From: Parcubacteria group bacterium
GTDB taxonomy: Bacteria; Patescibacteriota; Patescibacteriia; UBA9934; GWF2-40-263
Direction of reading: 5' to 3'
NCBI GenBank assembly: GCA_013204395.1
Contig: JABMNZ010000025.1
Span: 9,007 to 73,006, forward strand
Length of the DNA: 64,000 bases
Numbering within the stretch: the stretch's first letter is position 1; each line of letters opens with the position of its first letter. Position numbers and translations under genes: made by a program. The notes below the pieces were generated by a model, which saw only the letters and a list, made by a program, of their open reading frames with translations, was not told the DNA's origin and made no database searches. This document shows positions 29,103-37,528 of the stretch, piece by piece.

Positions 29103-29950
29103 AAATACTTATTATCGGAGCGGGGTACATGGGGCAGCGTTGTAAGGAAGAGTGGGGGGATGAGGCTGAACTTTCTGAAAAGATTATTGAGACCAAACGG
29201 GACGCACTCGACGAGATTGAACGGGTGAAACCTGATGTTGTGTTTAATGCCGCAGGCGTTAAGGGGGTACCGAATGTTGATTGGTGTGAAGATAATCAAC
29301 TGAAGACCATCCTTGGTAACACATTGGAACCGATTGTTTTGGCGCAGGCGTGTCAGGAAAAAGGTTTGTACCTGCTTCACATGGGGTCTGGTTGTATCTT
29401 CTATGGCGACGCTCCTCATGAGGACAAGGCTTGGCGTGAAGATGACTTTGGAAACCCACGACCTGTTTACTCACGAACCAAGTGGGCAGCAGACCTGGTC
29501 TTGTCGACATTGCCAAACGTAGGGATCGCTCGTATCCGAATGCCGATCGACTGGAAGCCATCACCCGGCAATTTGATAAACAAGTTGGCTGGATACACAA
29601 AGGTGATCGATGTAGAAAACTCTGTGACGATTGTTGAGGACATGATTGACGTGTTCCATCAGCTTTTGGAAAAGAAAGCTGAAGGGATTTTTCACGTGAC
29701 AAACCCTGGGACCATGCGCCATCGTGAGTTCATCGGGCTCTATGAGGAGCTCGTCGATCCAACTCATACAAACGAATGGATCACCAATGACGAGCTTGTC
29801 GGACAAGGGCTCGCCACCAAGGGGCGATCAAATAATTTCTTAGCCAACGAGAATCTTGGCAAAGTAGGAATCACAATGCGGCCGATATCCGAGGCACTAC
29901 GTGAAACGTTCGTGAAGTACGCAAAGGCAAAAAAAGTAGATGATGAATAG
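29099..29950 (+). CDS. rmlD: dTDP-4-dehydrorhamnose reductase-like NAD(P)-dependent sugar reductase
   Basis: MKILIIGAGYMG, VKPDVVFNAAGVKGV, YSRTKWAADLVL; collinear with the RmlD topology. ATGA-coupled. Confidence 0.6.
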   Translation: MKILIIGAGYMGQRCKEEWGDEAELSEKIIETKRDALDEIERVKPDVVFNAAGVKGVPNVDWCEDNQLKTILGNTLEPIVLAQACQEKGLYLLHMGSGCIFYGDAPHEDKAWREDDFGNPRPVYSRTKWAADLVLSTLPNVGIARIRMPIDWKPSPGNLINKLAGYTKVIDVENSVTIVEDMIDVFHQLLEKKAEGIFHVTNPGTMRHREFIGLYEELVDPTHTNEWITNDELVGQGLATKGRSNNFLANENLGKVGITMRPISEALRETFVKYAKAKKVDDE

Positions 29951-30046
29951 GATTAATTCCTGTTACGAAAAGGATTTTGAGAGCGTTATCTAGATTCATT
30001 CATTGACAAACCATAAAAAATCTGGTTTCATAAACATACAAGTTTA

Positions 30047-30079
30047 AACCCCCTGTCTATAACGACTGGGGGTTTTGTG
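30047..30079 (+). terminator. terminator after rmlD-like gene
   Basis: AACCCCC-(14 nt)-GGGGGTT followed by TTGTGTTT. Confidence 0.5.
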
Positions 30080-30101
30080 TTTCAAATATCTCAAACGAAA
30101 C

Positions 30102-30119
30102 ATACGACGGCCGTCGCAT
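30102..30119. repeat. 16-bp-class perfect palindrome ACGACGGCCGTCG(T/C) element, copy 1 of 3
   Basis: ATACGACGGCCGTCGCAT followed by AAAGCGTTTTTTT. Copies 2 (30673-30690) and 3 (54025-54044) share a ~30-bp consensus ACGACGGCCGTCGYATRAAnnGTTTkTT. Confidence 0.8.
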
Positions 30120-30140
30120 AAAGCGTTTTTTTAGAAACAT

Positions 30141-30692
30141 ATGTCAAAGAAAAGAATTCCAAAAACAAGAGCGTATTTGCAAAAACTTACAAGGCGAATA
30201 GAACGACTCGAATCAGATATACCTATTAGTTTTGGGGCACGTGGTACAGGGGTGAGAGCAGGATCGTTTGAGATCGGTGCAAGAATCGAGAATCGAATTC
30301 AAGCAAATAAACTTAGAGTCGAAAGAGATTTGGTCAGAAATGGACTCCTAGAGATTCAGCAGAGAGGGGCTGAGACTACTTTTAGCTTGACTGTAGCGGG
30401 ATTATTACAGGTATTGAAAGACAGGATTGTTCTGGAGAGGAGAGAGATGCTTGAAGATGAGCGTTGTTTTGTTATCTTTGATGTTCCAGAAGATATTCGA
30501 AAAACCAGAAATACATTACGTCACTTTTTAAAACAAGCCGGATTTAAGCAAGTTCAGCAAAGTGTTTGGGTGACAGATAAGGATGTTGCTGATGACATGA
30601 GACAACTTGTTGAAGAACTTAAGATCTCAGATTGGGTTCGAGTGATAGTGGGGCGTTTGATCGAGACGGAATATACGACGGCCGTCGTATGA
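30141..30692 (+). CDS. winged-HTH + Cas2-fold-like domain protein (PaaX-like architecture); putative regulator or nuclease
   Basis: C-terminal CFVIFDVPEDIRKTRNTLRHFLKQAGFKQVQQSVWV...DDMRQLVEELKISDWVRVIV matches the Cas2 pattern (beta1-D, basic helix, G..Q.SVF). N-terminal LVRNGLLEIQQRGAETTFSLT looks like a recognition helix plus wing. The ORF ends inside palindrome copy 2. Confidence 0.5.
   Translation: MSKKRIPKTRAYLQKLTRRIERLESDIPISFGARGTGVRAGSFEIGARIENRIQANKLRVERDLVRNGLLEIQQRGAETTFSLTVAGLLQVLKDRIVLERREMLEDERCFVIFDVPEDIRKTRNTLRHFLKQAGFKQVQQSVWVTDKDVADDMRQLVEELKISDWVRVIVGRLIETEYTTAVV
30673..30690. repeat. palindrome TACGACGGCCGTCGTA, copy 2
   Basis: Perfect 16-bp palindrome overlapping the last codons and stop of 30141..30692. 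Confidence 0.8.
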
Positions 30693-30763
30693 ATCGTTTG
30701 TTGGAAATTTGTGATTTTATTTGGACATGTTGGCAATTAGAGATTTCTGTAGTTGAGTTAATG

Positions 30764-30842
30764 ATTGACAAAGAGGTGTCGCGCTGCTAAGTTCTTTCTC
30801 TCTGTCATCCGGCAGGGGTTTGCTAAGGAGTCTCATAATAAG
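30764..30842 (+). promoter_or_regulatory. conserved cassette promoter/leader A
   Basis: GATTGACAA...GCTGCTAAGTT...CTCTGTCATCCGGCAGGGGTTTGC, then AAGGAG and ATG 30843. Near-identical to leader B, with an 18-nt exact block. Confidence 0.55.
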
Positions 30843-31577
30843 ATGAGTAGAGACAAACGTGACGGTGGGATGGTGCTGCTCGAGGAGCCGCATTTTGATC
30901 AAATGAATCCATGGGGACAGCCGGTCGTTGGCTGGCTCCCAACTTCTCAAGGAGTGGGAGGGATTCAGAACCATCGCGGCTGGGCCATGCTCAGGACCGT
31001 GCTGTGGAAGCTGGACGAGGGTGGCAACCCCATTCCTCTGTACGACCAGCCCGTGATCGTGGAGAAGCCGGGTGCCATCGTGATCGCCACGGTGGGAGAT
31101 CGGATCGGTTTGATCCAGAGCTACCGCATGGTGGCCGAGCGACTCATGCCGGAATCGGGGAACGACTACATCCGTCGTCTTCAGAGCGAAGAACGATGGG
31201 GTGAACTGGTCGAGAGTACCGGAAAGTGGATGTGGGAGGCCCCTCGCGGTCTCATCGATGGCGACCCAAAGGAGATGGACGCAGAAGCGTTCGTGATCAA
31301 GTCGGCGAAGCTGGAGGCGGCTGAAGAGGCTGGTTTCCGTCTGAAGGGAGCTCGGCTTGTCGGTCGAGTGAACGTGAACCCCACCTTCTACCTGCACTCG
31401 CAGTGGGTGGTTCACGCCGAGATCGAATCCGTTGGTGATGCCAAGCCGGAGAACCTCGAGATCATCGGGGACAAGCGCCTGTTCACCATGGATGAACTTC
31501 GTGCGGCGAGCATCGACGGCACATTCGACGATGGACTTACTCTGGCGGGCATGGCCCTGTGCGGAATGAGTCTCTGA
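30843..31577 (+). CDS. hypothetical protein (cassette gene A; weak Nudix-like signature)
   Basis: GC-rich 244-aa ORF. ...GDPKEMDAEAFVIKSAKLEAAEEAGF loosely resembles a Nudix box. The overlapping minus ORF 30717..31415 looks like antisense noise. Confidence 0.55.
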   Translation: MSRDKRDGGMVLLEEPHFDQMNPWGQPVVGWLPTSQGVGGIQNHRGWAMLRTVLWKLDEGGNPIPLYDQPVIVEKPGAIVIATVGDRIGLIQSYRMVAERLMPESGNDYIRRLQSEERWGELVESTGKWMWEAPRGLIDGDPKEMDAEAFVIKSAKLEAAEEAGFRLKGARLVGRVNVNPTFYLHSQWVVHAEIESVGDAKPENLEIIGDKRLFTMDELRAASIDGTFDDGLTLAGMALCGMSL

Positions 31578-31588
31578 AGCGAGTCTGT

Positions 31589-31672
31589 GTTCCAGAATGA
31601 GTCCATACGAGGACTAATTCTGGAGTAAAGATTTTCTACGCGCGGTCTGAAATACGGCTGCTTTTTTGTTTG
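31589..31672 (+). repeat. cassette 3' module A: 14-bp-stem hairpin plus conserved 43-nt element
   Basis: TTCCAGAATGAGTCC...GGACTAATTCTGGAG hairpin, then GATTTTCTACGCGCGGTCTGAAATACGGCTGCTTTTTTGTTTG (31630-31672). The same 43-mer, with 1 mismatch, occurs at 32753-32795. Confidence 0.7.
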
Positions 31673-31701
31673 AGTCGAATTGTCGATCTTATACCTTTAC
31701 G

Positions 31702-31806
31702 ATTGACAATAAGTGAAATGGCTGCTAATTTGAGTCCTCTCTGTCATCCGGCAGGGTTTTGCAGATGCAGCTCTGGCCCACCAAGGTCAGTCTGTGCGAG
31801 GTTCAC
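31702..31806 (+). promoter_or_regulatory. conserved cassette promoter/leader B
   Basis: GATTGACAA...GCTGCTAATTT...CTCTGTCATCCGGCAGGGTTTTGC; GAGG SD before ATG 31807. Confidence 0.55.
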
Positions 31807-32703
31807 ATGGGAGACGAAATCACAGAGGTTCCACCCGAGATTCAGAGAGTCGCTTGTTTGGCGATGACTCCTGAGGGGCAGGTGGTGTTCGACCACACAG
31901 GTGACAGGGCGGAGCTCAGGCTTGTGCAAGGTCAGCTGTGGGCAATGGAAACGGCAGAAGAGTGTGCTCAGCGACGGCTGACCACAAGTCTCTTCGTGCG
32001 CTCAGGCTCCGAGATGAGTCTTCATAACCTGGGGCTGATCAGCCTCGGATCCGAGAGTCAGAGGACCCAGATGGTCCTGTTCGTTGCAACGGGAGTCGAT
32101 CTGAGAAAGGAAGGTATGCGGTCCATGGACGGACTGCAGGAAAACGACGAGCCTGTCCTACTGTCGCTCTACGAGATCTACAAGCAGATCAGGGAAGGGG
32201 CTATCAGCGACACGCTGGTCCAGACTGCCGTGATGCGGATGCTGGTTACCGGACTCATCAATCCACCAGGGGTATTGCCACTGGCTCGATTCACGCCGGT
32301 GCACTCGATCACTCACCACTGGTTCTCTTCATTCATGGGCCATGGGATGACCTTGACCGTCATGTCTGATGGGCGCATCAGGCTTTACGACGGGTCAGAT
32401 GACTTCTGCTCGATGCCTCCGTCGGTCTTCGGAGTTCTCGCCACGGACCTCAAGCCGATCATTCGTCGGTTGAAGCGTCAGTCGCGTCGCAAGAGTGGTG
32501 TCTGGAGCTTCCGTCTCTACTTCTACCACGGCTACACCTACGACTACGCCGCCAAGAGGGACCGTGGAGGCAATGGTCCGCACCTGACGTTGTACTACGA
32601 GGTCAAGGAGCTCGAAAATGCACGTGCGCTCGCCATCAAGTTCCAGGAGATCCTGGATGCTCAAGCGAAGCTCCCTCAACTGAACCGACTCTGGTTCTTC
32701 TGA
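31807..32703 (+). CDS. hypothetical protein (cassette gene B)
   Basis: GC-rich 298-aa ORF with no recognisable motif. The track ORF starts at TTG 31759 inside the leader. Confidence 0.55.
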   Translation: MGDEITEVPPEIQRVACLAMTPEGQVVFDHTGDRAELRLVQGQLWAMETAEECAQRRLTTSLFVRSGSEMSLHNLGLISLGSESQRTQMVLFVATGVDLRKEGMRSMDGLQENDEPVLLSLYEIYKQIREGAISDTLVQTAVMRMLVTGLINPPGVLPLARFTPVHSITHHWFSSFMGHGMTLTVMSDGRIRLYDGSDDFCSMPPSVFGVLATDLKPIIRRLKRQSRRKSGVWSFRLYFYHGYTYDYAAKRDRGGNGPHLTLYYEVKELENARALAIKFQEILDAQAKLPQLNRLWFF

Positions 32704-32711
32704 GAATCTCT

Positions 32712-32795
32712 AATCCCGAACCTGCGCTTAGATGTGCAGGTTCGGGATTGTGGATTTTCTACGCGCGGTCTGAAATACGGCCGCTTTTTTGTTTG
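32712..32795 (+). repeat. cassette 3' module B: perfect 14-bp-stem hairpin plus conserved 43-nt element
   Basis: AATCCCGAACCTGC-GCTTAGAT-GCAGGTTCGGGATT, then GATTTTCTACGCGCGGTCTGAAATACGGCCGCTTTTTTGTTTG. Confidence 0.7.
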
Positions 32796-32841
32796 GTTGG
32801 AAGTTTGACGACATTTTATACACATCGTAGAGTATCGCCGT

Positions 32842-33924
32842 ATGAAAGCACTCATTGCAGCAGGTGGGCACGCAACACGTTTGCGGCCTATTACATGGAC
32901 GAGAAATAAGCATTTGATACCAATGGCTAACAAGCCAATGCTTTGGTATGTTCTTAAAAAGGTTACGGATGCTGGAATCAAAGACATCATCGTTAATGTG
33001 AATCCTGGCGAGGTAAAGTACATGTCTGATGCCCTGGGTGATGGCAGTGAGTTTGGTGCAACCATCACGTACTTGGAGCAGCGCGGGGGTGCTAAGGGGT
33101 TGGCTCATGTTGTGGCCAATGCTGAGGAACATCTCAAGGGTGAGCGATTCCTATTTTTCTTGGGCGACAATATTATCTTGGGATCCATCAATAAGTTTGT
33201 TGATCGATTTCAAAATGAGGAGCTCGACTGCATGATTGCTTTGTCGCATGTGAAGGACCCACATCGTTTTGGTGTTGCAGAGTTTGGTGTTGATGGAGAA
33301 CTTACACGGACGGTTGAAAAACCAAAGGATCCACCATCACCATTTGCCGTCACAGGAATTTATTTATTCGACGAAAAGTATTTTGAAGCTTTCAAGAACA
33401 TTGATCCATCTCCACGAGGTGAATATGAAATTACGGATATCATTACCTGGTATATCCGTAATGGAAAAGTTGGGCACGAGGAGATTACTGGATGGTGGAA
33501 AGATACTGGAACACCAGACGCACTTATTGAGGGCAACGCTCTCATTATGGATGACATGGAGCGCGGTGAATTCTGCGTGGACTGTAAGCCTCATGTGGAC
33601 GCACAGATTCAAGGACTTGTATCCATAGGTGAGGGGTCGGTTATTTCAAGTGACTGCTTGATCCGTGGACCTGTAACCATTGGAAAGAACTGTGTGATCG
33701 AATCAAGTTTTATCGGTCCGTACACGGCCATAGGGGATGGTGTGACGGTTCGCAATACAGAGGTTGAGCACTCCATCGTATTTGAGGGAGCAACGATCGA
33801 TACCACAAGACGTATTGTAAATAGTCTTATTGGCACAAACGCAACGCTGGTAGATCACAAACGGTCGCATCCAAAAACCAGCCATAGGCTGGTGATCGGT
33901 GATAATAGTTTTGTAGAGCTGTAA
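32842..33924 (+). CDS. rmlA: glucose-1-phosphate thymidylyltransferase (long form with C-terminal left-handed beta-helix)
   Basis: MKALIAAGGHATRLRPITWTRNKHLIPMANKPM... nucleotidyltransferase motif. 360 aa. Upstream TTGACG-17-TAGAGT promoter-like sequence. Confidence 0.8.
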   Translation: MKALIAAGGHATRLRPITWTRNKHLIPMANKPMLWYVLKKVTDAGIKDIIVNVNPGEVKYMSDALGDGSEFGATITYLEQRGGAKGLAHVVANAEEHLKGERFLFFLGDNIILGSINKFVDRFQNEELDCMIALSHVKDPHRFGVAEFGVDGELTRTVEKPKDPPSPFAVTGIYLFDEKYFEAFKNIDPSPRGEYEITDIITWYIRNGKVGHEEITGWWKDTGTPDALIEGNALIMDDMERGEFCVDCKPHVDAQIQGLVSIGEGSVISSDCLIRGPVTIGKNCVIESSFIGPYTAIGDGVTVRNTEVEHSIVFEGATIDTTRRIVNSLIGTNATLVDHKRSHPKTSHRLVIGDNSFVEL

Positions 33925-33959
33925 AAACAATCAGGTGAAACAAGTCCTTATGGGCTTGT

Positions 33960-35282
33960 TTATTTTTGAAGCTCTCTTTGCCAGATGGTTCCATCTTCTC
34001 CCATAAGAAGCATGACGTCTCCTTCGTCTAAGATTAGAACTTGCCCAGGAGTATCTGTGATTAATGGAAGGTGATCTGGTTGAGGGTCTTTGATGGCTAG
34101 GGCAAACGTGGTACCCGCCGCTTGATAGAGAACCACGGACCCCTTTGGGTACCATGCAATTTGATCGATTTTTTCACTGAGTCGCGTGATGGTGTGGGTT
34201 TGGTGCTGATCTCGTTGATAAAGTCGTAAGTCGAAATCACTTGTGTAGAGAAGTTGTTGGCCGTTTTTGTTCCATGTCCACCGTACTGCCATTTCATTGA
34301 GAAGAATTGGCTGCTCTCTGTTATTGGTATCAATGAGAATCAGTCGGTTGTGTTGAGAATCAAAAAGTCCAATGAGGGGTGATGGCGTAGGAATAAATGT
34401 GTAGTTTCCCAGTGGAAGATAGGTGATGATCGAGGCAATCTCTTCATCAAGAAAAGAGAGGACTGATCGATTGTTGTGTTCTGAGAGAATGATATTTCGT
34501 TCCTCAAACGAGGTTATTACAGACAGATCTGTGATAATGAGTTCCTTTGTGTAGGCTTTGATATCTACCTTAAGGGTTTCGTTGTCTGCCTTTACGTATA
34601 GCAAGTTGTCGTCTTCAACATCCCACCAGTAGGAGTCAACGTCTGCGAGCTCCATTGAAAGAGTTGATGGAACGTTACTATTTGTTTCAACTGGGACAAG
34701 TTCATGAAGTGATCCATATTCCCTTACTAGGAGAACATAGTCACCCTGAGGAGAAAATGAAATTGTGTAATGACTTGAACGGTTAAAGGAGAGTCTCATG
34801 AGCAGTTGAGTTGAGCTTTCATCTCCCTCTGTGCTCCACATTTCGAGCCAAGAACTTTCTTGGGTGAGGTATATGAGTTTATCTCCAGAGGGGCTTACAC
34901 CTGAAGCCAATATATTAAGATGCTGGACCGGTACAGGCTCTTTGTCTAGAAAAAGAATGACATCAGCGAATGTTGTTTCTCTACTTTTGAAGAATAGATT
35001 TTGTTTCCAGGAGATATACTCATCTTTTTCCAGCTTGATTTCATGCTCCCCTGGCAACACCGTTTCAATAACTGATGGAGTACGATCATATTCTTGTTCT
35101 CCGTCTATAAGCACATTGGCATTTCGTGGAACAGAGGTCATGTTGAGCACGGCGGTGTGTACAATGCGTCCGGATGCAATATCGAGTCTATAGCCAGCTG
35201 TATACAACACCAAAAGTGGTGCAGCAATCAAAAACATGAGAACAAAGGTTAGAAAAATGATTAGTCGAAGTTTGGATGACAT
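33960..35282 (-). CDS. membrane-anchored PEGA-domain protein with beta-propeller-like C-terminal region
   Basis: N-terminal TM, then a PEGA-like segment VLIDGEQEYDRTPSVIETVLPGEHEIKLEKDEY. 440 aa. Confidence 0.5.
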   Translation of the reverse strand: MSSKLRLIIFLTFVLMFLIAAPLLVLYTAGYRLDIASGRIVHTAVLNMTSVPRNANVLIDGEQEYDRTPSVIETVLPGEHEIKLEKDEYISWKQNLFFKSRETTFADVILFLDKEPVPVQHLNILASGVSPSGDKLIYLTQESSWLEMWSTEGDESSTQLLMRLSFNRSSHYTISFSPQGDYVLLVREYGSLHELVPVETNSNVPSTLSMELADVDSYWWDVEDDNLLYVKADNETLKVDIKAYTKELIITDLSVITSFEERNIILSEHNNRSVLSFLDEEIASIITYLPLGNYTFIPTPSPLIGLFDSQHNRLILIDTNNREQPILLNEMAVRWTWNKNGQQLLYTSDFDLRLYQRDQHQTHTITRLSEKIDQIAWYPKGSVVLYQAAGTTFALAIKDPQPDHLPLITDTPGQVLILDEGDVMLLMGEDGTIWQRELQK

Positions 35283-35340
35283 ACGAAGGTAGTTTACACC
35301 ATTCTCAGATGAGGTATCCTATGAATCGTTAGATACTATT

Positions 35341-36645
35341 ATGCTTCCAAGAAAACAACAAAAAAATAAGCAACCATTTCCAAGATCATTTACAGTTTTA
35401 CTTCTCCTCCTCGTAACAACGATTGCCTTCAGCATCGGTTTTTTTGTTGGGGAGACAAGTAGAGCACGTGAGCTGGTTCCAGTTGGAGAGGGGGTTGTTA
35501 CTGAGAAAGGGGATGTGCCTCCATATTTAGCGGATGATATTTCGTTTGAACAGTTTTGGAGTGTGTGGAACTTTGTCAAAGAAGAGTTTTACAAACAGCC
35601 GGTAAGTGATAAGGATTTGTTTTATGGATCTCTAAAGGGGTTGCTTTCTGGATTAGATGATCCGTACTCTGTCTATTTTGATCCAGAAGAAAGGAATAAG
35701 TTTAATGCAGATCTTGAGGGGAGTTTTGAGGGAATCGGGGCTGAGATTGGAATTAAAGACGATCAGTTGCAGATTATCGCACCTCTTTCGGGTATGCCAG
35801 CTGATTTAGCTGGTTTGTTGCCGGGAGATTGGATTGTAAAGATTGATGGGACAGAAACAAGAAACATGAGTGTTGAGGCCGCCGTCTCTCTTATTCGTGG
35901 TGAGGGAGGAACAGAGGTGGTTCTCTCTATTTATCATGAGGGATTAGAGGCAATTAAAGATGTGACCATTGTTCGAGGCAAGATTGTGATCGATTCCGTA
36001 AAGTGGGAGACAGATGAGAATAAGATCATGGAGATCTCTATCTCTACATTTAATCACGACACAAGTGGGTTGATGAATGAGGCTATTCAGGAGGCGCTTT
36101 CTACAAACGTAGAAGGCATTGTTCTCAATCTTCGCTCAAATCCAGGTGGGTTGTTAACCACAGCGATTGATATAGCCAGTGCCTGGGTTGGATATGACAC
36201 AGTGGTAATAGAGAGAACTAGAAGTCAGGCAAATACCTTTAATGGTGTAACCGCTCCTCGACTTCAGGATATCCCAACGGTTGTCCTGGTAAATGGTGGA
36301 AGTGCCTCTGCTTCTGAGATTGTTGCTGGAGCACTCCAGGACTATGGTTATGCGACTGTTGTTGGGACTCAGACATTTGGAAAAGGATCCGTACAGGATT
36401 ATCAGGAGCTCTCTGATGGTTCTGCGGTAAAGATCACCACAGCGGAGTGGTATACACCAAATGGGAGGACAATAAATAAGACTGGGCTTTCGCCGGATAT
36501 AGAAATCTTGTTTACACTTGAAGAGTATGAAGCGGGGATCGATCCTCAGTTGATTGTCGCCAAAGAGATCATTTTGGGAACGTATGAACCAACCGAAGTC
36601 ACAATCGAAGAAACCGACCCCACCGAGAACATCGAAACCGAATAA
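35341..36645 (+). CDS. S41 C-terminal processing (tail-specific) peptidase with PDZ domain
   Basis: PDZ GIGAEIGIKDDQLQIIAPLSGMPADLAGLLPGDWIVKIDG; catalytic region LNLRSNPGGLL ... Signal anchor. Confidence 0.8.
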   Translation: MLPRKQQKNKQPFPRSFTVLLLLLVTTIAFSIGFFVGETSRARELVPVGEGVVTEKGDVPPYLADDISFEQFWSVWNFVKEEFYKQPVSDKDLFYGSLKGLLSGLDDPYSVYFDPEERNKFNADLEGSFEGIGAEIGIKDDQLQIIAPLSGMPADLAGLLPGDWIVKIDGTETRNMSVEAAVSLIRGEGGTEVVLSIYHEGLEAIKDVTIVRGKIVIDSVKWETDENKIMEISISTFNHDTSGLMNEAIQEALSTNVEGIVLNLRSNPGGLLTTAIDIASAWVGYDTVVIERTRSQANTFNGVTAPRLQDIPTVVLVNGGSASASEIVAGALQDYGYATVVGTQTFGKGSVQDYQELSDGSAVKITTAEWYTPNGRTINKTGLSPDIEILFTLEEYEAGIDPQLIVAKEIILGTYEPTEVTIEETDPTENIETE

Positions 36646-36664
36646 AAAAGGAAAGCGAGAAAAG

Positions 36665-37105
36665 GTGCAGAGAGAGCTCTCCGCGGGTGGTGTGGTGTTT
36701 AGACGCTCCGGTAATGGAGTCTCGTTTGCGATGATGAAAGATTCCTATGGCAAATGGACATTTCCCAAGGGGCATATTGAAACAGGTGAGGATATTGAAG
36801 AGACTGCCGCACGTGAAACACTTGAGGAGCTTGGTCTTGAACAGGTTAGATTACTTGAATATTTGGGTTCAATTGATATTTGGTTTCGTGATCGATTTGA
36901 AAAGAAGGGACAGTTAATCAACAAGGACATTCATTACTATTTGTTCGAGGCCCCATCAGGAAGCCAGCTGGCACCAAATCCAGATGAGCATGCTTATGAT
37001 GCTTCCTGGGTACCAATGAGTCGTGTTGAAAAAATGTCTAGTTATCAGGACATGATTCCAATTGTAAAGAAGGCACTCGCCCATGTAAAAAGGCTTGGGC
37101 GTTGA
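36665..37105 (+). CDS. NUDIX hydrolase
   Basis: Nudix box GHIETGEDIEETAARETLEELGL. Probable GTG start at 36665 after AAAGGA. Confidence 0.7.
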   Translation: MQRELSAGGVVFRRSGNGVSFAMMKDSYGKWTFPKGHIETGEDIEETAARETLEELGLEQVRLLEYLGSIDIWFRDRFEKKGQLINKDIHYYLFEAPSGSQLAPNPDEHAYDASWVPMSRVEKMSSYQDMIPIVKKALAHVKRLGR

Positions 37106-37138
37106 CCAGACTCACGTGGTCTGATCTACTAATAGTGT

Positions 37139-37528
37139 ATGCAATTATCATTCCAAGGACGTGTGGTACCAGGAGAGGGAATGGCGCGTCGACTTGGTTG
37201 TCCGACTGCGAATATTGCGGTTGAACAAGGTGTTATTATTCCAGCTCTTGGGGTTTACGTTGGTGAGACTGAGGTAAATGGGAGGCGTTATGGATCATTG
37301 ATTTGTATTAATGATGGTCGAACAGGCTATAACCTAAAGATGGAGGTTCACCTATTGGGGCAGGACATTGAGCTTAATGGGAAGCGCATTAAAGTAAGGC
37401 TTGTGGATAAGATCAGAGACCTCATTCCTTATCCTGGCGAAAAGGAAATGGCGGAGATCGTTCAGCAAGATATGGTGAAGGCAACAGCTTGGATGCAGGG
37501 TCTTGAGACTCAAAAAAGCGCGGTATGA
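37139..37528 (+). CDS. riboflavin kinase (stand-alone RFK domain)
   Basis: GEGMARRLGCPTANI motif typical of the RibF C-terminal kinase domain. 129 aa. Confidence 0.7.
   Translation: MQLSFQGRVVPGEGMARRLGCPTANIAVEQGVIIPALGVYVGETEVNGRRYGSLICINDGRTGYNLKMEVHLLGQDIELNGKRIKVRLVDKIRDLIPYPGEKEMAEIVQQDMVKATAWMQGLETQKSAV

Noticed and set aside
30003-30031. TTGACA-type promoter-like sequence upstream of the wHTH/Cas2-like gene
   Set aside because: The -10 is poor (CATAAA at a 19-bp spacer). The element lies upstream of the 30047-30079 terminator hairpin, so a transcript would terminate before reaching 30141. Not reported as a feature.
30717-31415. 232-aa minus-strand ORF overlapping cassette gene A
   Set aside because: It is antisense to the ORF that carries the SD and conserved leader. 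Low-complexity His/Arg/Leu-rich translation. Artefact of high GC.
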